Source of the DNA: Mobula hypostoma
Taxonomy: Eukaryota
Assembly: GCF_963921235.1 (NCBI RefSeq)
Contig: NC_086097.1
Span: 184,514,001 to 184,578,000, forward strand
Length of the DNA: 64,000 nt
Reading direction: 5' to 3'
Part shown: positions 1 through 13,880 of the stretch, in pieces
Layout: each line of letters starts with the position of its first letter
How positions within the stretch are numbered: position 1 is the first letter of the stretch
The notes under the pieces: model-generated
Databases searched by the model: none
Told to the model about the DNA's origin: nothing
The model's input: the letters and a program-made list of their open reading frames with translations, nothing else
Made by a program: the position numbers and the translations under genes

Positions 1-978
1 ATCTGTTCTGGGACTCCTACTCTTCATGATTATTATCAATGACCTGGATGAGGAAGTGGAGGGATGGGTTAGTAAATTTGTTGGGACACAAAGGTTGGAG
101 GTGTTGTGGATAGTGTGGAGGGCTGTCAGACGTTACAGTGGGACATTGATAGGATGCAAAACTGGGCTGAGAAGTGGCAGATGAAGTTCAACCCAGATAA
201 GTGTGAGGTGGTTCATTCTGGTAGGTCAATACGATGGCAGAATATAACATTAATGGTAAGACTTCTGGCAGTGTGGAGGATCAGAGGAATCTTGGGGTCC
301 ATGTCCATAGGACACACAAAGCGGCTGCGTAGGTTGACTCTGTGGTTAAGAAAGCATACGGTGTATTGGCCTTCATCAATCATGGGATTGAGTTTAGGAG
401 CCGAGAGGTAATGTTGCAGCAATATAGGACTCCGGTCAGACCCCACTTGGAGTACTGTGCTCAGTTCTGGTTGTCTCACTATAGGAAGGATGTGGAAACC
501 ATAGAAAGGGTGCAGAGGAGATTTACAAGGACGTTGCCTTTACTGGAGAGCATGCCTTATGAGAATAGGTTAAGTGAATTCAACCTTTTTTGGGGTGACG
601 GAGGATGAGAGGTGACCTGATATAGGTGTATAAGATGATGAGAGGCATTGATCATGTGAATAGTCAGAAGCTTTTTCCCAGGACTGAAATGGCTAGCATG
701 AGAGGGCACAGTTTTAAGGTGCTTGGAAGTAGGTACAGAGGAGATGTCAGGGGTAAGTTTTTTTTTTACTCTGAGTGGTAAGTGTGTGGAATGGGTTGCC
801 AGCGATGGTGGTGGAGGCGGATATGATAGGGTCTTTTAGGAGACTCCTGGACAGGTAAATGGAGCTTAGAAAAATAGAGGGCTATCGGTAACCCTAGGTA
901 ATTTCTAAGGTAAGGACATGTTCAGCACTGCTTTGTGGGCTGAAGGGCCTGTATTGTGCTGTAGGTTTCCTGTTTCTA
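1..978 (+). mobile_element. CR1 LINE, 3' fragment (RT C-terminus and 3' UTR)
   Basis: ORFs 106-411 and 342-608 give CR1 RT motifs (WAEKWQMKFNPDKC; VRPHLEYCAQFW). Ends in GGGCTGAAGGGCC and a TTTCTA tail. Same family as 13881-15002. Confidence 0.92.
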
Positions 979-1104
979 AAGCACCCACACATAGAACATA
1001 AATAGAATGGGTATTTACAACAACAATTTTTGATACCACAGCACCAAATGTAATTTCTTAATCATTTTACTCTGCATATATTTATATCCATAATTAAAAA
1101 TGTA

Positions 1105-1310
1105 AAGATCTATCCTTTGTTGCCAGAGGAGGTGGTGCATGCAGATACAATTACAACATTTAAAAAAACATTTGAACAGATGATTTGGTTACAAAGACAT
1201 AGGGGGATATGGCCCTTATACAGGTAAATAGCATTAGTGTAGAAAGACATCTCAACTGGCATGGAACGGACCAAATTCTTTACTTCATATTTCCAACATT
1301 TTATGATCTC
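1105..1310 (+). mobile_element. Old degenerate CR1 3' end
   Basis: TTGCCAGAGGAGGTGGTG..GCAGATACAATTACAACATTTAAAA..CATTTG resembles the CR1 ORF2 terminus and UTR. Confidence 0.5.
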
Positions 1311-2664
1311 TACGGTAACAGGACTTGGCTTTTTACAATAAATATGGACAAAATTTAATGATCCTTCCTGCCAATGATGGAGCTTGAATTTTGAAAATTA
1401 TTTCTCACAGAAATACAACTTTGTAGTCTCTGATTAAGCATATTAAACCACAAGCAGTACATTTCTAATTTGCTAAATAAGCTGCCCGCCTCATGTACGA
1501 TCCAGTCATTGTTGTTGTATGTCAGAATTTTCCTTCTAATTATTTGTGAATTATAAAGAAACATTTGTGGCACTTTCAGTGAGCACAGAGCTGGAAGTAT
1601 AAGTTATTCTGTTAGGCAATTTACATAATGTATTTCAGCTGGGGAGACTGACTAATTTCCTATTCAACTCAGAACTGCTGCTGGTTGTGCTTTGAAAATA
1701 AGGTGGTTTATTCATTTTTCAGCATTAGTAACTTTCATTATCCAAGATCATTGACTTCGCAGCCCAGAGTATATTTTGAAATTAACTGCTCAGAAGGAAA
1801 ATTTAGGGGCTGGTTGGTGATGAGACTTAATGCTAAATCTACACGAGGCAATAAACATTTACTTTGTAATCTTCAGAAACCCAAGATTTGAAGAAGCTAC
1901 AAATTTAACCTACCTCTGTGAAAACTTACTTTCATGTTGAAAGTTGGAAAACATCTGCTGATAGATGCCCACATTGGTTGTGAGCTTTAGGATCTTCACT
2001 ATTGCTGTTGAAACCTTTTGGAGCAATGTGAGAGATGGAAGATTTTGTTAAGAGATGGAAAATCCTCGATGATACTTTTCATTCTGAATTAGTCCTCTTT
2101 CAATCATTTCATGTTTGCTGTTTCTAGTTACAGCTCCTGGTGAAATGGTTGTTATCCAGTTCCAGTTCTTCACCACATCTACAAACGTTTGTACACTGGG
2201 AACTGCTTCTTCAACTTCTACACCTGTAAACATTAACTCTTTCACGTAATACTATGTTAGCAATTTAGTTGACTTCAAAAATGTATGCCTCTATGGCCCT
2301 TATTCCTCCTTTCTCACTGTTATAACAACCATCATAATTGCTCAATCTAATTCTGTTGATGCTGTCAGTCTTTATTAGATTATCTCACACTGCACCTCTT
2401 CAAAACTGTCTATTTTGAACTGTATTCTTTTTGTGGGCTTCAACTGCCTTTACAATTTCACTTCCTGTCATATAATCAAACATAACATGTCTATCAAGCT
2501 TGAATCATGACACATATTTGCAAGTCTGTATCACCTATTACATAATAAAATATGCCAAGTGAAAGGAATATGCAGGAAAATTCTCAATCAAAAAATTGGT
2601 ACTTGTGTTCAATAAGACAAGAGAACAGATAAAGACATAATGAGGACCAAGTTCCAAGGGGATG

Positions 2665-3200
2665 AGAACATAACAAATAGCAGCAGGGCTAAGCCATCTG
2701 GCCTGTCAAGCCTGCTTCACCATTCAATAAGATCATAGCTGATCTGACCGTGGACTCATTTCCACCTACTTGCTTTTTCCCCATAACCCTTAATTCCCCT
2801 ACTATACAAAAATCTATCCAACCTTGTCTTAAATATACTTACTGAGGTAGCCTCCACTGCTTCATTGGGCAGAGAATTCGACAGATCCACCACCCTTTGG
2901 GAAAAACAATTCCTCCTTATCTCCACCCTAAATTTACTCCCCTGAATCTTGAGGCTATGTCCCCGAGTTCTAGTCTCACTTACCAGTGGAAACAACTTTC
3001 CTGCCTCTGTCTTGTCTATCCCTTCCATAATTTTATCTTTCTATAAGATCTCCTCTCATCCTTCTGAATTCCAGCAAGTACAGTCCCAGGCACCTCAATC
3101 TCTTCTCATTGTCTAACCCCATCATCTCTGGAATCAACTTGGTGAACCTCCTGGGTAAAGGCTCCAAAGCCAGTATATCCTTCCTCCAGTAAGGAGACCA
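2665..3200 (-). mobile_element. CR1 LINE 3' fragment
   Basis: ORF 2756-3028 (TRTRGHSLK..FSQRVV..LP.EAVEA) is the CR1 ORF2 C-terminus; 3' UTR lies at the left end. Confidence 0.88.
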
Positions 3201-5289
3201 CATCTTAGAGGATGAAGCAGAAATGAGGAGACAATAAGTATGAGGGAGTTTAGGGCTTCATTTAGGGCTAAAATAAACTTAAGGCATAGTCATGAATTGT
3301 GCAGGGATTCAAATCAGCAAAGTACAGGAAGTGACTGTTTTCTGGTCTTAATTTTATATTTACATATTTATAAGGGGTTTGGGCAAAAAGGATTAAGGTT
3401 TATTGACATGACAAGAATGAGGAAAGAGAGGCAAGAGAAGGGATAGGATCTATAACTAGGAGAATGGTTAAATAGGATTGATAAGGACTCAGAAACAAGA
3501 ATTCCATGTGCTTGTTCATGGAAACGAGGATGAAAAAGGCCAGGGATGTTGATTTGTCACAGCAAGGAGAAGCTTGAATGTGTTTGAATTCCATGATAAT
3601 GCTCCAATAATCGTCATTTTGACTTTATTTTCCTATTGATGAAAAGGGAATATTAGTTATTTAAAAATAAAACTTTTATTTGATGTTTTAATAATGTCCA
3701 GTTATTTCCTTAATTTTGATTAAAAATATATCACCTTTAGCAATTTCTTAAGTATCTGAATGATAAAGGTACTTAAGGACTGATAAAGCAGCACAACATA
3801 GAGAAAGAAACAAAGATTCCCTTGCAGCTTTACCTTCCGTCAATGCATGTCAGAGCTCTCCAAGAGCAGGGGCTCCATGTCACACCGTTTGTGACCTGTT
3901 CACCTGAGACTTTGCTGTCAAATTCCATAAAGTGGAGGGCCATTGCGATCAGCCCTTCACATAGTCTAAATGAAACAGGTGATTCCAGGTACTGAAGCAG
4001 GCCACATGTAGCAAGCTCTGACAGCTGAGGTTAGTTGTACATATATTATTGAGAACATCTAAGAAGTTTTTATTTCAACTAAATATTTTCTACCATTTCT
4101 TGTTAGAATTTATTTCTGTAGTGCAATTAGTATCAGAATTGTTATCATACCATTGATACTTTATTGTGACAATGTCACATTTCATTCCTTGTAATATAAC
4201 AGTAATATCATAAATGACCATTACATCTCTTATAACTAGGTAGAAAAATAACATTTATTAACCATTTTTATTCTTGTATTTCTCAGCAGATTGTGGAATA
4301 AAATCTAAGACCTTATGAGTTTCCAGATATACAATTCCTTTACTAGTTCATGCTGGCACTGAGCTTCTGTGAACAAGATTCCATGAAATAATGTGTTTTC
4401 TTAAACATTCCAGATGGATAACCTTGCTTACAATTAATCATACAACTAATCATATTGGTTACATTGTCCATGCTCCTTGGCAAGACTAGTTTCACAACCA
4501 ATCATCAATTTTCAGTCTATGGCCATGATTTAACACATTCTGTACCACAGCTAAAGCTTCCAAGTCAGCTAAATTGTGCAGGTTGAAATTTACATGACCT
4601 CATAATTTGTACAGCTATATTGCTGATCAGCTGGCTAATTCCATTATTAATTAATGACAAGGTTCTGACATGATAAAACTCTCCTCACAAAGCCACAGCA
4701 CTACTGGATATATTTCAGAGATCACAACTTATTCTGCAAAGTTCCAGAAAACATAGAAGCAACTTGCTCATTATTAACCTAAAAGACAATCACCCTATTC
4801 TAAATACTATACATTCTTGTTGATCATCTTTGTACTATCTCTGAGACAAACTAATTCTTGCAGTATTCCAACAGAAAATCTTTAAAATAAAGATCCACTG
4901 TCTATTTGCCTTTCTGATTACTTGCTATATTTGCATGTTAATTTTCTGTTTCATGGTTGCTCACTAAACCAACATTGGTTGATAAGCTTGTAGATAGTTA
5001 AAGCTTATCACTGATCATTGAGACATTCTGCTAGCTATAGCTAGCCAAGCTGAAAATGACCCACTTATTCCTAATCTTTGTTTTCTGTTTGTTTACCAAT
5101 TCTCTATTTAACCTAATATGTTAAGCTTAATATCATGAGCCATTATCTTCTGCAAAACCTTTCATATGCACCTTATCATTGGTTCCCCTTTATCCGCCGT
5201 GTTGTTACATTCTCAAAGAAATTCAATACATTTGTTGAACATGTTTTCCCTTTTCAAAAACAATGTTCACCTTGTCTGTACGTACTTTC

Positions 5290-5872
5290 TGATGCGATTG
5301 AGGCATGCAAGACTCCCTACCCCCATTCTACAAGTTTTTAGAGTGTGTCCTGTCTGGCTGCATCATTGTGTGGTACAGAAGATGCAAGGCATTGGACTGC
5401 AAGACCCTACAATTCAAATTTCAAAATAAATTTATTATCAAAGTTTACTTAGAATTTACAGAGGATAGTAAAACTTCAAGAGGATTACTGAGGTTGTATA
5501 CGAAGGGCCCCAAAGCACTGTAGAGGATCTATACCACACATCCAACAATTTCTTTGACCCACTACCATCAGGAAGGAGGTACAGGAGCATCAGGACAAGA
5601 AGAGCTTCTCTCAGGCTGTGAAACTCATGAATACTCTATCCCACCAAAGTCTCCTCACTAGCATAGTGAGCTGTTCGTTGTTTACTGTTTACCTGTGCTG
5701 TGTACTTCACATGCATTTGAATTATATTTTATTATCTTATTTGTGATAGTATTTGCTTTTTGTGCAGGGTGTGAAGATATATCTATTGTGACTGCACCAT
5801 GGTCCGGAGGAACATTGTTTCATTTGGTAGTATACAGTATAGGTACAGTCAGATGACAATGAACTTGAACTT
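5290..5872 (+). mobile_element. Rex1/Babar-type LINE 3' fragment
   Basis: ECVLSGCIIVWY motif and CTACCATCAGGAAGGAGGTACAGGAGCATC (LPSGRRYRSI); tail GAACTTGAACTT. Confidence 0.65.
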
Positions 5873-6542
5873 CAACTGTTCATGTCTATTTTTCACCTAG
5901 AGTCCTTATTTAATGATGGAGTCCAGCATTTTCTTGATTATGTTAGACAATCTGGCCCACAATTTCTTGATTTTGCTTTCCTTCCTTGAATAATGAATAT
6001 TTATTTATAATTTTCATTTGAGAGTTTCACTGGAATTTTAGAAAGTCATGAGCATACGAACAACCATCTCTTCTACCACCTCATCTAGAACCCCAGATGA
6101 TAAGCAATCAGACCCACACCATTTTCAGATGTTATTCAAATTAATTAAACTAGTAATTTCTCTGTCTCTATCTTCATAATGGAAAATACTAAAATGTAAA
6201 ACAAATAGTATAGAGAAGTTACTCTTACACCTCTCTGCCATTTTCTTATCCCATGATTAATTTCCATGTCTCAGATCCTGGAGGACTATTGTTCTGTTTT
6301 GTTATGCACTTTCTGCTTACACACTTGTAGAAGACCTTATAAGCTCTCATATTGTGTTCTCTCCCTTTATCAATTTTTCTCCTTTATTGATTTCTAAAAT
6401 TCTCCCACTACACTTGTCATAGGTAAAGCAGAACTTGAGAAGGGGTTAAAGGGCCTAACTAGATGCAAACATTAATCTGTCATGATATCCATGGAGACAT
6501 TATTTTTCTTATGGAATTTTTATCCCTAAACAGGATGTGTTT

Positions 6543-6670
6543 TACAAATAAGAGAAAATCTGCAAATGCTGGAAATCCGAGCAACACACACAAAATGCTG
6601 GAGGAACTCAGGAGGCCAGGCAACATCTATGGGAAAAAAAAGTACAGTCAGCACTTCAGGCCGAAACCCT
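6543..6670 (-). mobile_element. Penelope-like element terminal (pseudo-LTR) fragment
   Basis: Nearly the same as 44849-44970, the end of the GIY-YIG-coding element in this window. Confidence 0.7.
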
Positions 6671-7491
6671 TATTGAAAGTTTCTTTCAATGTCTACCAAT
6701 TAACCACAATTTTCATCTTTAATCAGATTTCCAAATCCATTTTAGCTGATTATCTCCCAATGCCCATGTGATTGGCTTCATTTAAATTTATGATTCTAAT
6801 TTCAATATTAAATAAATTACTTTAAAAACTGAATATTAAATTGGATCACACTATGATGATTCTATCCCAAAGAATCCTCTGGTTAAACAATTAATTAAAC
6901 GATCCCATCTCAATGAAATTACCGGATCTAAAATACTCGCAGTGGGTTTACAGTGTTCTAAGAAATTGCCTGAATTTCATGGCCTTCCATTGATGCTGAC
7001 CCATTATTAGGGCTCTCCTTGAGAATAACACGAGATTCACTCATTGTTTCTGAAGGAAATGTTCACATCTATAACTATGACAAGGAATCCACATAATTAG
7101 ACACATGGGGCAGTGTGTTTTCTTGCTTTATGATATCTGCATGATTTAAAATTTCCTTTCCATTTTAAGTATTAATCTAAGTGACTCCTCAACAGGGATA
7201 TGTAACATTTTATTGGAAAGAGAACATGTAATGGTGTGAGCATCATCAATTCAAAGTAAATTTATTATCAAAGTACATTTGTCTCCTTTGTTATTTCATA
7301 TGGCCTGGGAGGGGCAGACACAAGTCTGTCCATTTGGGAGACAGGGTTGGATAGATCTTCATTTGGCATCTTTCACAGCCATTCCAACATGGGTGGCCCT
7401 GAGCTGGTATTGCTTGATGGAGTCCTTGAAGCACACAAGCCTCCACACGATATCAATGTATTGATCCAGGTTGTGGAGGGATATAAGACTA

Positions 7492-9829
7492 CAGTGGCAT
7501 GCAAAAAGTTTGGGCACCCTGGTCAAAATTTTTGTTACTGTGAATAGCTAAGCAAGTAAAAGATGACCTGATTTTCAAAAGGCATAAAGTTAAAGGTGAC
7601 ACATTTCTTTAATATTTTAAGCAAGATTACTTTTTTATTTCCATCTTTTACAGTTTCAAAAGAACAGAAAAGGAAAAGGGCCTGAAGCAAAGGTTTGGGC
7701 ACCCTGCATGGTCAGTACTAAGTAACACTCCCTTTGGCAAATATCACAGCTTGTAAACACTTTCTGTAGCCAGCTAAGAGTCTTTTGTCACGAACCCCGT
7801 GACGGGTTGAAAAGGACCAGCAGAAATAGAATACACCTGGAGTCTGGTTTACTATAAATTAAGACTATATTTATTACTACTATGAATTAATATCATTAAA
7901 CTGAATAATACAATACAGGTTATAAAGTATTTTATATACACACACATATTCCGTAAATGTGTGTGTATACAAAAATAGTTGTCCAGTTGCGTCGAGTTGA
8001 ATTGACAGAGAGAGAGTTAATTGAGTTGATGTTCAAGTTGGCAGCTTTAGTTGTTCTTGCTTCCGAAGTCTTCAGAGTCACTTGGTGTGACTCCCACACA
8101 GACACAGATGGACAGAGTCCCTTCTAGGGAATGGTCTACTAACTCACGGCACGGGTTCACCAACAGCCGACCCCGACAGGCAAGCTCTTACCCACACTGG
8201 TAATCACGGGTCGAAATTAATCAGTCCATCGCCTCCACCCTTGTGGTGGTCTTAAACTCCACCAGTGGTTTCTCGGGTAGCTTCCGCAGTTCTCTCGTGT
8301 CGTGTCTCCTCTGCCGTTATCAGACTGAAGGATCAACTTTTAAGAATCCATCCAAAATTTCAGTGTCCATTAACTCAACAGCTCTGAGCTGTTACCATGG
8401 TGACTTCCCAGCTCGTGTCTCAGCTTGTGCTGTATTCTCTCTCTTTTAATTGCCTCCTTGTTCATTAGACTGCTGAACTTTCTAGCAGTTTCTCACCTGC
8501 GTGACACTTTCAATTCTTGTTTGGGGGATTTTTCGCCCATTCTTCCTTGCAAAAGACTTTTAGTTCTGTAAGATTCTTGGGCCGTCTTGCATGTACTGCT
8601 CTTTTGAGGTCTATCCACAGGTTTTTGATGATGTTTAGGTCAGGGGACTGAGGGCCATGGCAAAACCTTCAGCTTGCTCCTCTTGAGGTAGTCCATTGTG
8701 GATTTTGAGGTGTGTTGATCATTATCCTGTTGTAGAAGCCATCCTCTTTTCATCTTCAGCTTTTTTACAGACGGTGTGATGTTTGCTTCCAGAATTTGCT
8801 GGTATTTAATTGAATTCATTCTTCTCTACCAGTGAAATGTTCCCCATGCCACTGGCTGCAACACAGGCCTAAAGCATGGTCGATCCACTCCAGTGCTTAA
8901 CAGCTGGAGAGGTGTTCTTTCCATAACATTCTGCACCCCTTTTTCTCCAAAATTACCTTTGCTCATTGCGGCCAAGAAATTCTATTTTAACTTCTTCATT
9001 CCACAGGACTTGTTTCCAAAATGCGTCAGGCTTGTTTAGATGTTTCTATGCAAACTTTTGAACTTCTGAGGCTGCATTTTGTGGTGAGGACCCAGGAAAG
9101 GTTTTCTTCTGATGACTTTTCCATGAAGGTCATATTTGTGTAGATGTTGCTGCACAGTAGAACAGTGCACCACCACTCCAGAATCTGCTAAATCCTCCTG
9201 AATGTCTTTTGCAGTCAAACAGGGGGTTTGCTTTGCCTTTCTAGCAATCCTATGAGCAGTTCTCCTGCGAAGTTTTCTTGATCTTCCAGACCTCAACTTG
9301 ACCTCCACCGTTCCTGTTAACTGCCATTTCTTAATTACATTATAAACTGAGGAAATGGCTACCTGAAAATGCTTTGCTATCTTATAGCCTTCTCATGCTT
9401 TGTGGGCATCATTTATTTTAATTTTCAGAGTGCTAGGCAGCTGCTTAGAGGAGCCCATGGCTGCTGATTGTTGGGACAAGGTTTGAGGAGTCAGGGTATT
9501 TATAAAGCTTTGAAATTTCCATCACCTGTCCTTTCCTAACAATGACTGTGAACAAGCCATAGCCCTAACAAGCTAATTAAGGTCTGAGACCTTGGTAAAA
9601 GTTATCTGAGAGCTCAAATCTCTTGGGGTGCCCAAACTTTTGCATGGTGCTCCTTTCCTTTTTTTCCACTCTAAAATTGTACAAAACAAAAATCATACAT
9701 TAATCTTAAAATGTTGAAAAATGTTTCATCTTTAATTTTATGACTTTTGGAGATCATTTCATCTTCTACTCAACTATTCACAGTAACATAAATTTTGAAC
9801 AAGGATGCCCAAACTTTTGCATGCCACTG
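7492..9829 (-). mobile_element. Tc1/mariner DNA transposon, IR/DR type, defective, with a solo LTR inserted
   Basis: TIRs CAGTGGCATGCAAAAAGTTTGGGCA / TGCCCAAACTTTTGCATGCCACTG flanked by TA (7490-91, 9830-31). Inner copies of the motif near 7687 and 9625. Transposase remnant ORF 9036-9308 (RSGR.RKL..). Confidence 0.93.
7786..8506 (-). mobile_element. Solo LTR, 721 bp (Gypsy- or ERV-like)
   Basis: Termini TGTCACG...CGTGACA; 4-bp TSD CTTT (7782-85, 8507-10); AATAAA on minus strand at 7870-75. Removing it rejoins the Tc1 sequence. Confidence 0.88.
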
Positions 9830-9846
9830 TATATATGATCAGAAAT

Positions 9847-10970
9847 CCATAAGATATAGGAGCAGAAATGGGCCATTTGGCCCATCATGTCTGCTATGCT
9901 ATTTCATCATGGCTGATCCAATTTTCCCCTCAGCGCCAATCTCCCGCCTCCACCCCATATCTCTTCATGGCCTGACCAGTCAATACACAATCAACCTCTA
10001 CCTTAAATATATATAAAGACTTGGCCTCCACAACTGTCTGTGGGAAAAGAATTCCACAGATTCACCACTCCCTACCTAAAGAAATTCCTCCTCACCTCCA
10101 CTAAAAGGATGCCCCTATATTGCTGTTGTCTTCTGCTCTTAGAATCTCCCATCATTCTCTCTACCTCCACTCTATCAAGGTCTTTCACCATTCATTAGTT
10201 TTTAATGAGGTCATCCCTCATTCTTCTGAATTCAAGTGAGTACATGCCCAGAGCCATAAAACACTCCTCATATGATTAGCATTCAATACTGGAATTACTG
10301 TCATGAACCGCCTTTGAACCCTCTCTAGCACATCCTGTCAAAGATAAGGAGACCAAACCTGCTCACAATATTCCAAGTGAGGCCTCACCAGTACTTTATA
10401 AGGTCTCAACATTGCATTTTTACTTTTATCTTCTCGTCCTCTTGAAATGAATGATAACATTACATTTCCTCAACCTGCAAATTAACCTTCAGGGAATCCT
10501 GCACAAGGACTAAAAAGTCACTTTTCACCTCAGTTTCTTGTATTACCTCTCCACTTAGAAAATAGTCAACCCTTTCATTTCTTCCACCAAAGTGCATGAC
10601 CATACACTTTCTGACGTTGTATTCCATCTGCCATTTCTTTGTCCATTCTCCTAATCTGTCCAGGTCCTTCTGCAGCCTCCCTACTGCCACAAATCTACCT
10701 GCCCCACCATCTATCTTCATATTGTCTGCAAGCTTGGCAACAAACATCCAAATCGTTGACATATAATATAAAAAAGAATCAGTCCCAACACAGACCCCTG
10801 TGAAACACCACTGGTCACCAGCAACTGACCAGAAAGGGCTCCCTTCATTCCCATTCTTTGCCTCCTGCCAATCCACCTGGGCTCATAGCTTGCTGAGCAA
10901 CTTCATGTGTTGCACCTTGTCAAATGTCATCAGAAAATCCAAGTACACAACATCAACAGATTCTCCTTTG
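9847..10970 (-). mobile_element. Old CR1 (nest host), piece 1: 3' end and RT
   Basis: 3' tail near 9847; ORF 10460-10876 (KLADNMK..LQKDLDRLGEW). Breaks at ..GATTCTCCTTTG and resumes near 12235. Confidence 0.88.
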
Positions 10971-12232
10971 AGTTGAATTGAATTGACTTTATTTCTTACT
11001 TCCTTCACATACATGAGGAATAAAAATCTTTGTTACATCTCCATCTGAATGTGCAATATATTTTAATTTGTAATAAGTATTATATACAACAGGACAGTCA
11101 ATATAGCATAGAAATACAATTGTACAAGTGTGAATTAATCAGTCTGATGGCCTAGTGGAAGAAGTTGTTCCAAAACCTGTTGGTCCTGACCTTAATGCTG
11201 TGGTACTGTTTCCTGGATGGTAGCAGCTGGTATAGTTTGTGGTTGGGTGACTCGTGTCCCCAATGATCCTTTAGGCCCTGTTTACACACCTGTCTCTGTA
11301 AATGTCCTGAATAGTGGGAAGTTCACATCTACAGATGCACTGGCCTGTCTGAGTCACTCTCTGCAGAGTCCTGCGACTGAGTGAATTACAGTTCCCATAC
11401 CAGGTAGTGCTACAGCCAGTCAGGATGCTCTCAAATGTGCCCCTGTGGAAAGTCCTTAGGATTTGGGGACTCATGCCAAACTTATTAACTGAATGAGGTG
11501 AAAGAGGCACTATTGTGCTGCTTCCACCATACAGCCAGTGTGTACAGACCACGTGAGATCCTCAGTGATGTGTATGCTGGGGAATTTAAAGCTGTTCACC
11601 CTCTCAACCTCAGATCAATTGATGTCAATAGGGCCTGTCTCCATTCCTCCTGTAGTCCACAACCAGCTCCTTTGTTTTTGCGACATTGAGAGAGAGGTTG
11701 TTTTCTTGACACCACTTTGTCAGGGTGATGAATTCTTTTCTGTAGGCTGCCTCTTTATTATTTAAGATAAGGCCAATGACTCTAGTATCATCAGCAAACT
11801 CAGTTAGCAGATTGGAGCTGTGGGTGGTGACAGTCATGGGTATGCAGAGAGTAAAGGAGGAGGCTTAGGATACAGCCCTGAGGGGATCCTGTGTTGCGGA
11901 TCAGAGGGGCAGAGGTGAGGGAGCCGACTCTTACCACCTCTCAGCGATCTGACAGGGAAGTCCAGAATCCAGCTGCACAAGGCAGGGTGAAGGCCGAGGT
12001 CTCTGAGCTTCTTGTCAAGCCTGGACGGAATTATGATGATGAATGCTGAACTGTAGTCCAAGAAAAACATTCTCACATAAGCATCCTTCTCCAGGTGTGA
12101 ACGGCTGGTGTGTAGAGCTGTGGCTATTGTCATCTGTCGATCAATTGTGTCTGTAGGCAAATTGTAGGCAGTCCAGTGTGGGTGGTAACATGCTGCAGAT
12201 GTAATCCTTGACCAGCCTCTCAAAGCACTTAC
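10971..12232 (-). mobile_element. Rex1/Babar-type LINE, 5'-truncated, inserted in the old CR1
   Basis: FADDT.VIGLI..AYRKE..WCQENNLSLNVAKTKELVVDYR and YVRMFFLDYSSAF motifs. Minus-strand end AATAAAGTCAATTCAATTCAA. Confidence 0.88.
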
Positions 12233-12234
12233 TA

Positions 12235-13188
12235 CTATCCTACTTCTTATTCTTCAAAGAATTCCAACAGATTTGTTTAGCAAGATTTTTCCCTTGGAAA
12301 AAAGCATGCTGACTACGGCACCTCCAAGTACCTTGAGACCTGATCCTTAATAATTGACCCCAACATCTTCCTAACCACTGAGGTTAGAATAACTGGCTTA
12401 TAGTTTCTTTCTCCTGCTTCTCTCCCTTCTTGAAGAGTGGAGTGACATTTCCAACTTCCAGTCTTCCAAAACATTCCAAATCTAGTGATTCGTGAAAGAA
12501 CATTACCAATGCCTCCACAATGTCTTCAGCAACCGCTTTCAGAACTTTGGGGTGTAGACCATCTGGTCCAGGTGATTTATCTACCTTCAGACCTTTCAGT
12601 TTCCCAAGAACCTTCTGTCTAGTTATAGTAACTTCACACACTTCATGCTCACAGACAGCTGGAACTTCCACCATACAGCTATTGTATTCCACAGTGAAGA
12701 CTGATAGAAAGTATATATTCAGTTCTGCCATTTCATTGACCCCATTACTACCTCTCCAGCATCTTTTCCAGCATTCTGATATCCACTCTCACCTCTCCTT
12801 TACACTTTATGTATCTGAAGAAACTATTGGTATCCTCTTTAATATTATTGTCTAACTTACTTTTGTATTCCTTCATTACCTTATCAATGACTTTTTTAAT
12901 TGCCTTCTGCTGGTTTTGAAAAGTTTTCCAATCCTTTAACTTCCTAATAATTTTTGCAATATTGTGTGCATTTTCTTTGGCTTTTATGTTGGCTTTGACT
13001 GCTCTTGATAGCTATGGTTGTGTGATCTTTCCTTTAAGTATATTTCCTCTTTGGGATCTACATATATCCTGTGCTTTCTGAATTGCTTCCAGAAAATGCA
13101 GCCATTGCTGCTCTGCCATCAGCCCTGCCAGTGTTCTTTTCCAATCAATTCTGGCGAACTCCTCTCTGTAACTCCCTTTATTTCACTG
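12235..13188 (-). mobile_element. Old CR1 (nest host), piece 2
   Basis: ORF 12384-12731 (KSPGPDGLHPKVLK..NVTPLFKKG); collinear with piece 1. Confidence 0.88.
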
Positions 13189-13880
13189 GTGCCTCAAGTA
13201 GCAACTCATGTGGCAGCAGAACTCTCAATGGATATGAATAAGTATTCTTGTTTCAGCCTGATACAGCTAAAAACACATCTACTTCCAAGTCAGTACAGTT
13301 AACAAAGATGTCTTACTGCAATTAAGTGAAGTATCACTGCTTAAAATGAATGCAAACAATGTCAATTGTGGACGTACTCCTCGCAGGCTCCCATGCAGGA
13401 AATGTGGCTGCAGGTCAGGGATATAAGTGTGTTTAAGGAAACTGTTTTAAACTCCTAATACCATCCATCTTGCTGGCAAGTGTGCAGGCACTGGTGAATA
13501 AAATCAATGATCTCAGAGCTAGGGTGCTGAATCAGAGGGACATTAGGACCACATGTGTACTTTGTTTCATGGAATCTTGGTTAACCCCTTCTGTACTGGA
13601 TGCAGCGATTCAAATCGACCGGTTTACAATACATTGCCTGGATAGATCTATAGGGTCACTTTAAAGTACAGATGGAAGAGTATATCTCATGATCAGCTCC
13701 TCTTGGTGCACAAATATATCAGCGCTGTCCCAATTCTGCTCACCAGGCCTGGAATATCTAGCAGTTAAGTGGTGTCCTTTTTACCTACCATGGAAGATTT
13801 CTGGGATCATTTTGGTATGGTATACATTCTACCTCAGGACAATGTCAATCAGACTTTAGATGATCTGAGCAATGGGATCA

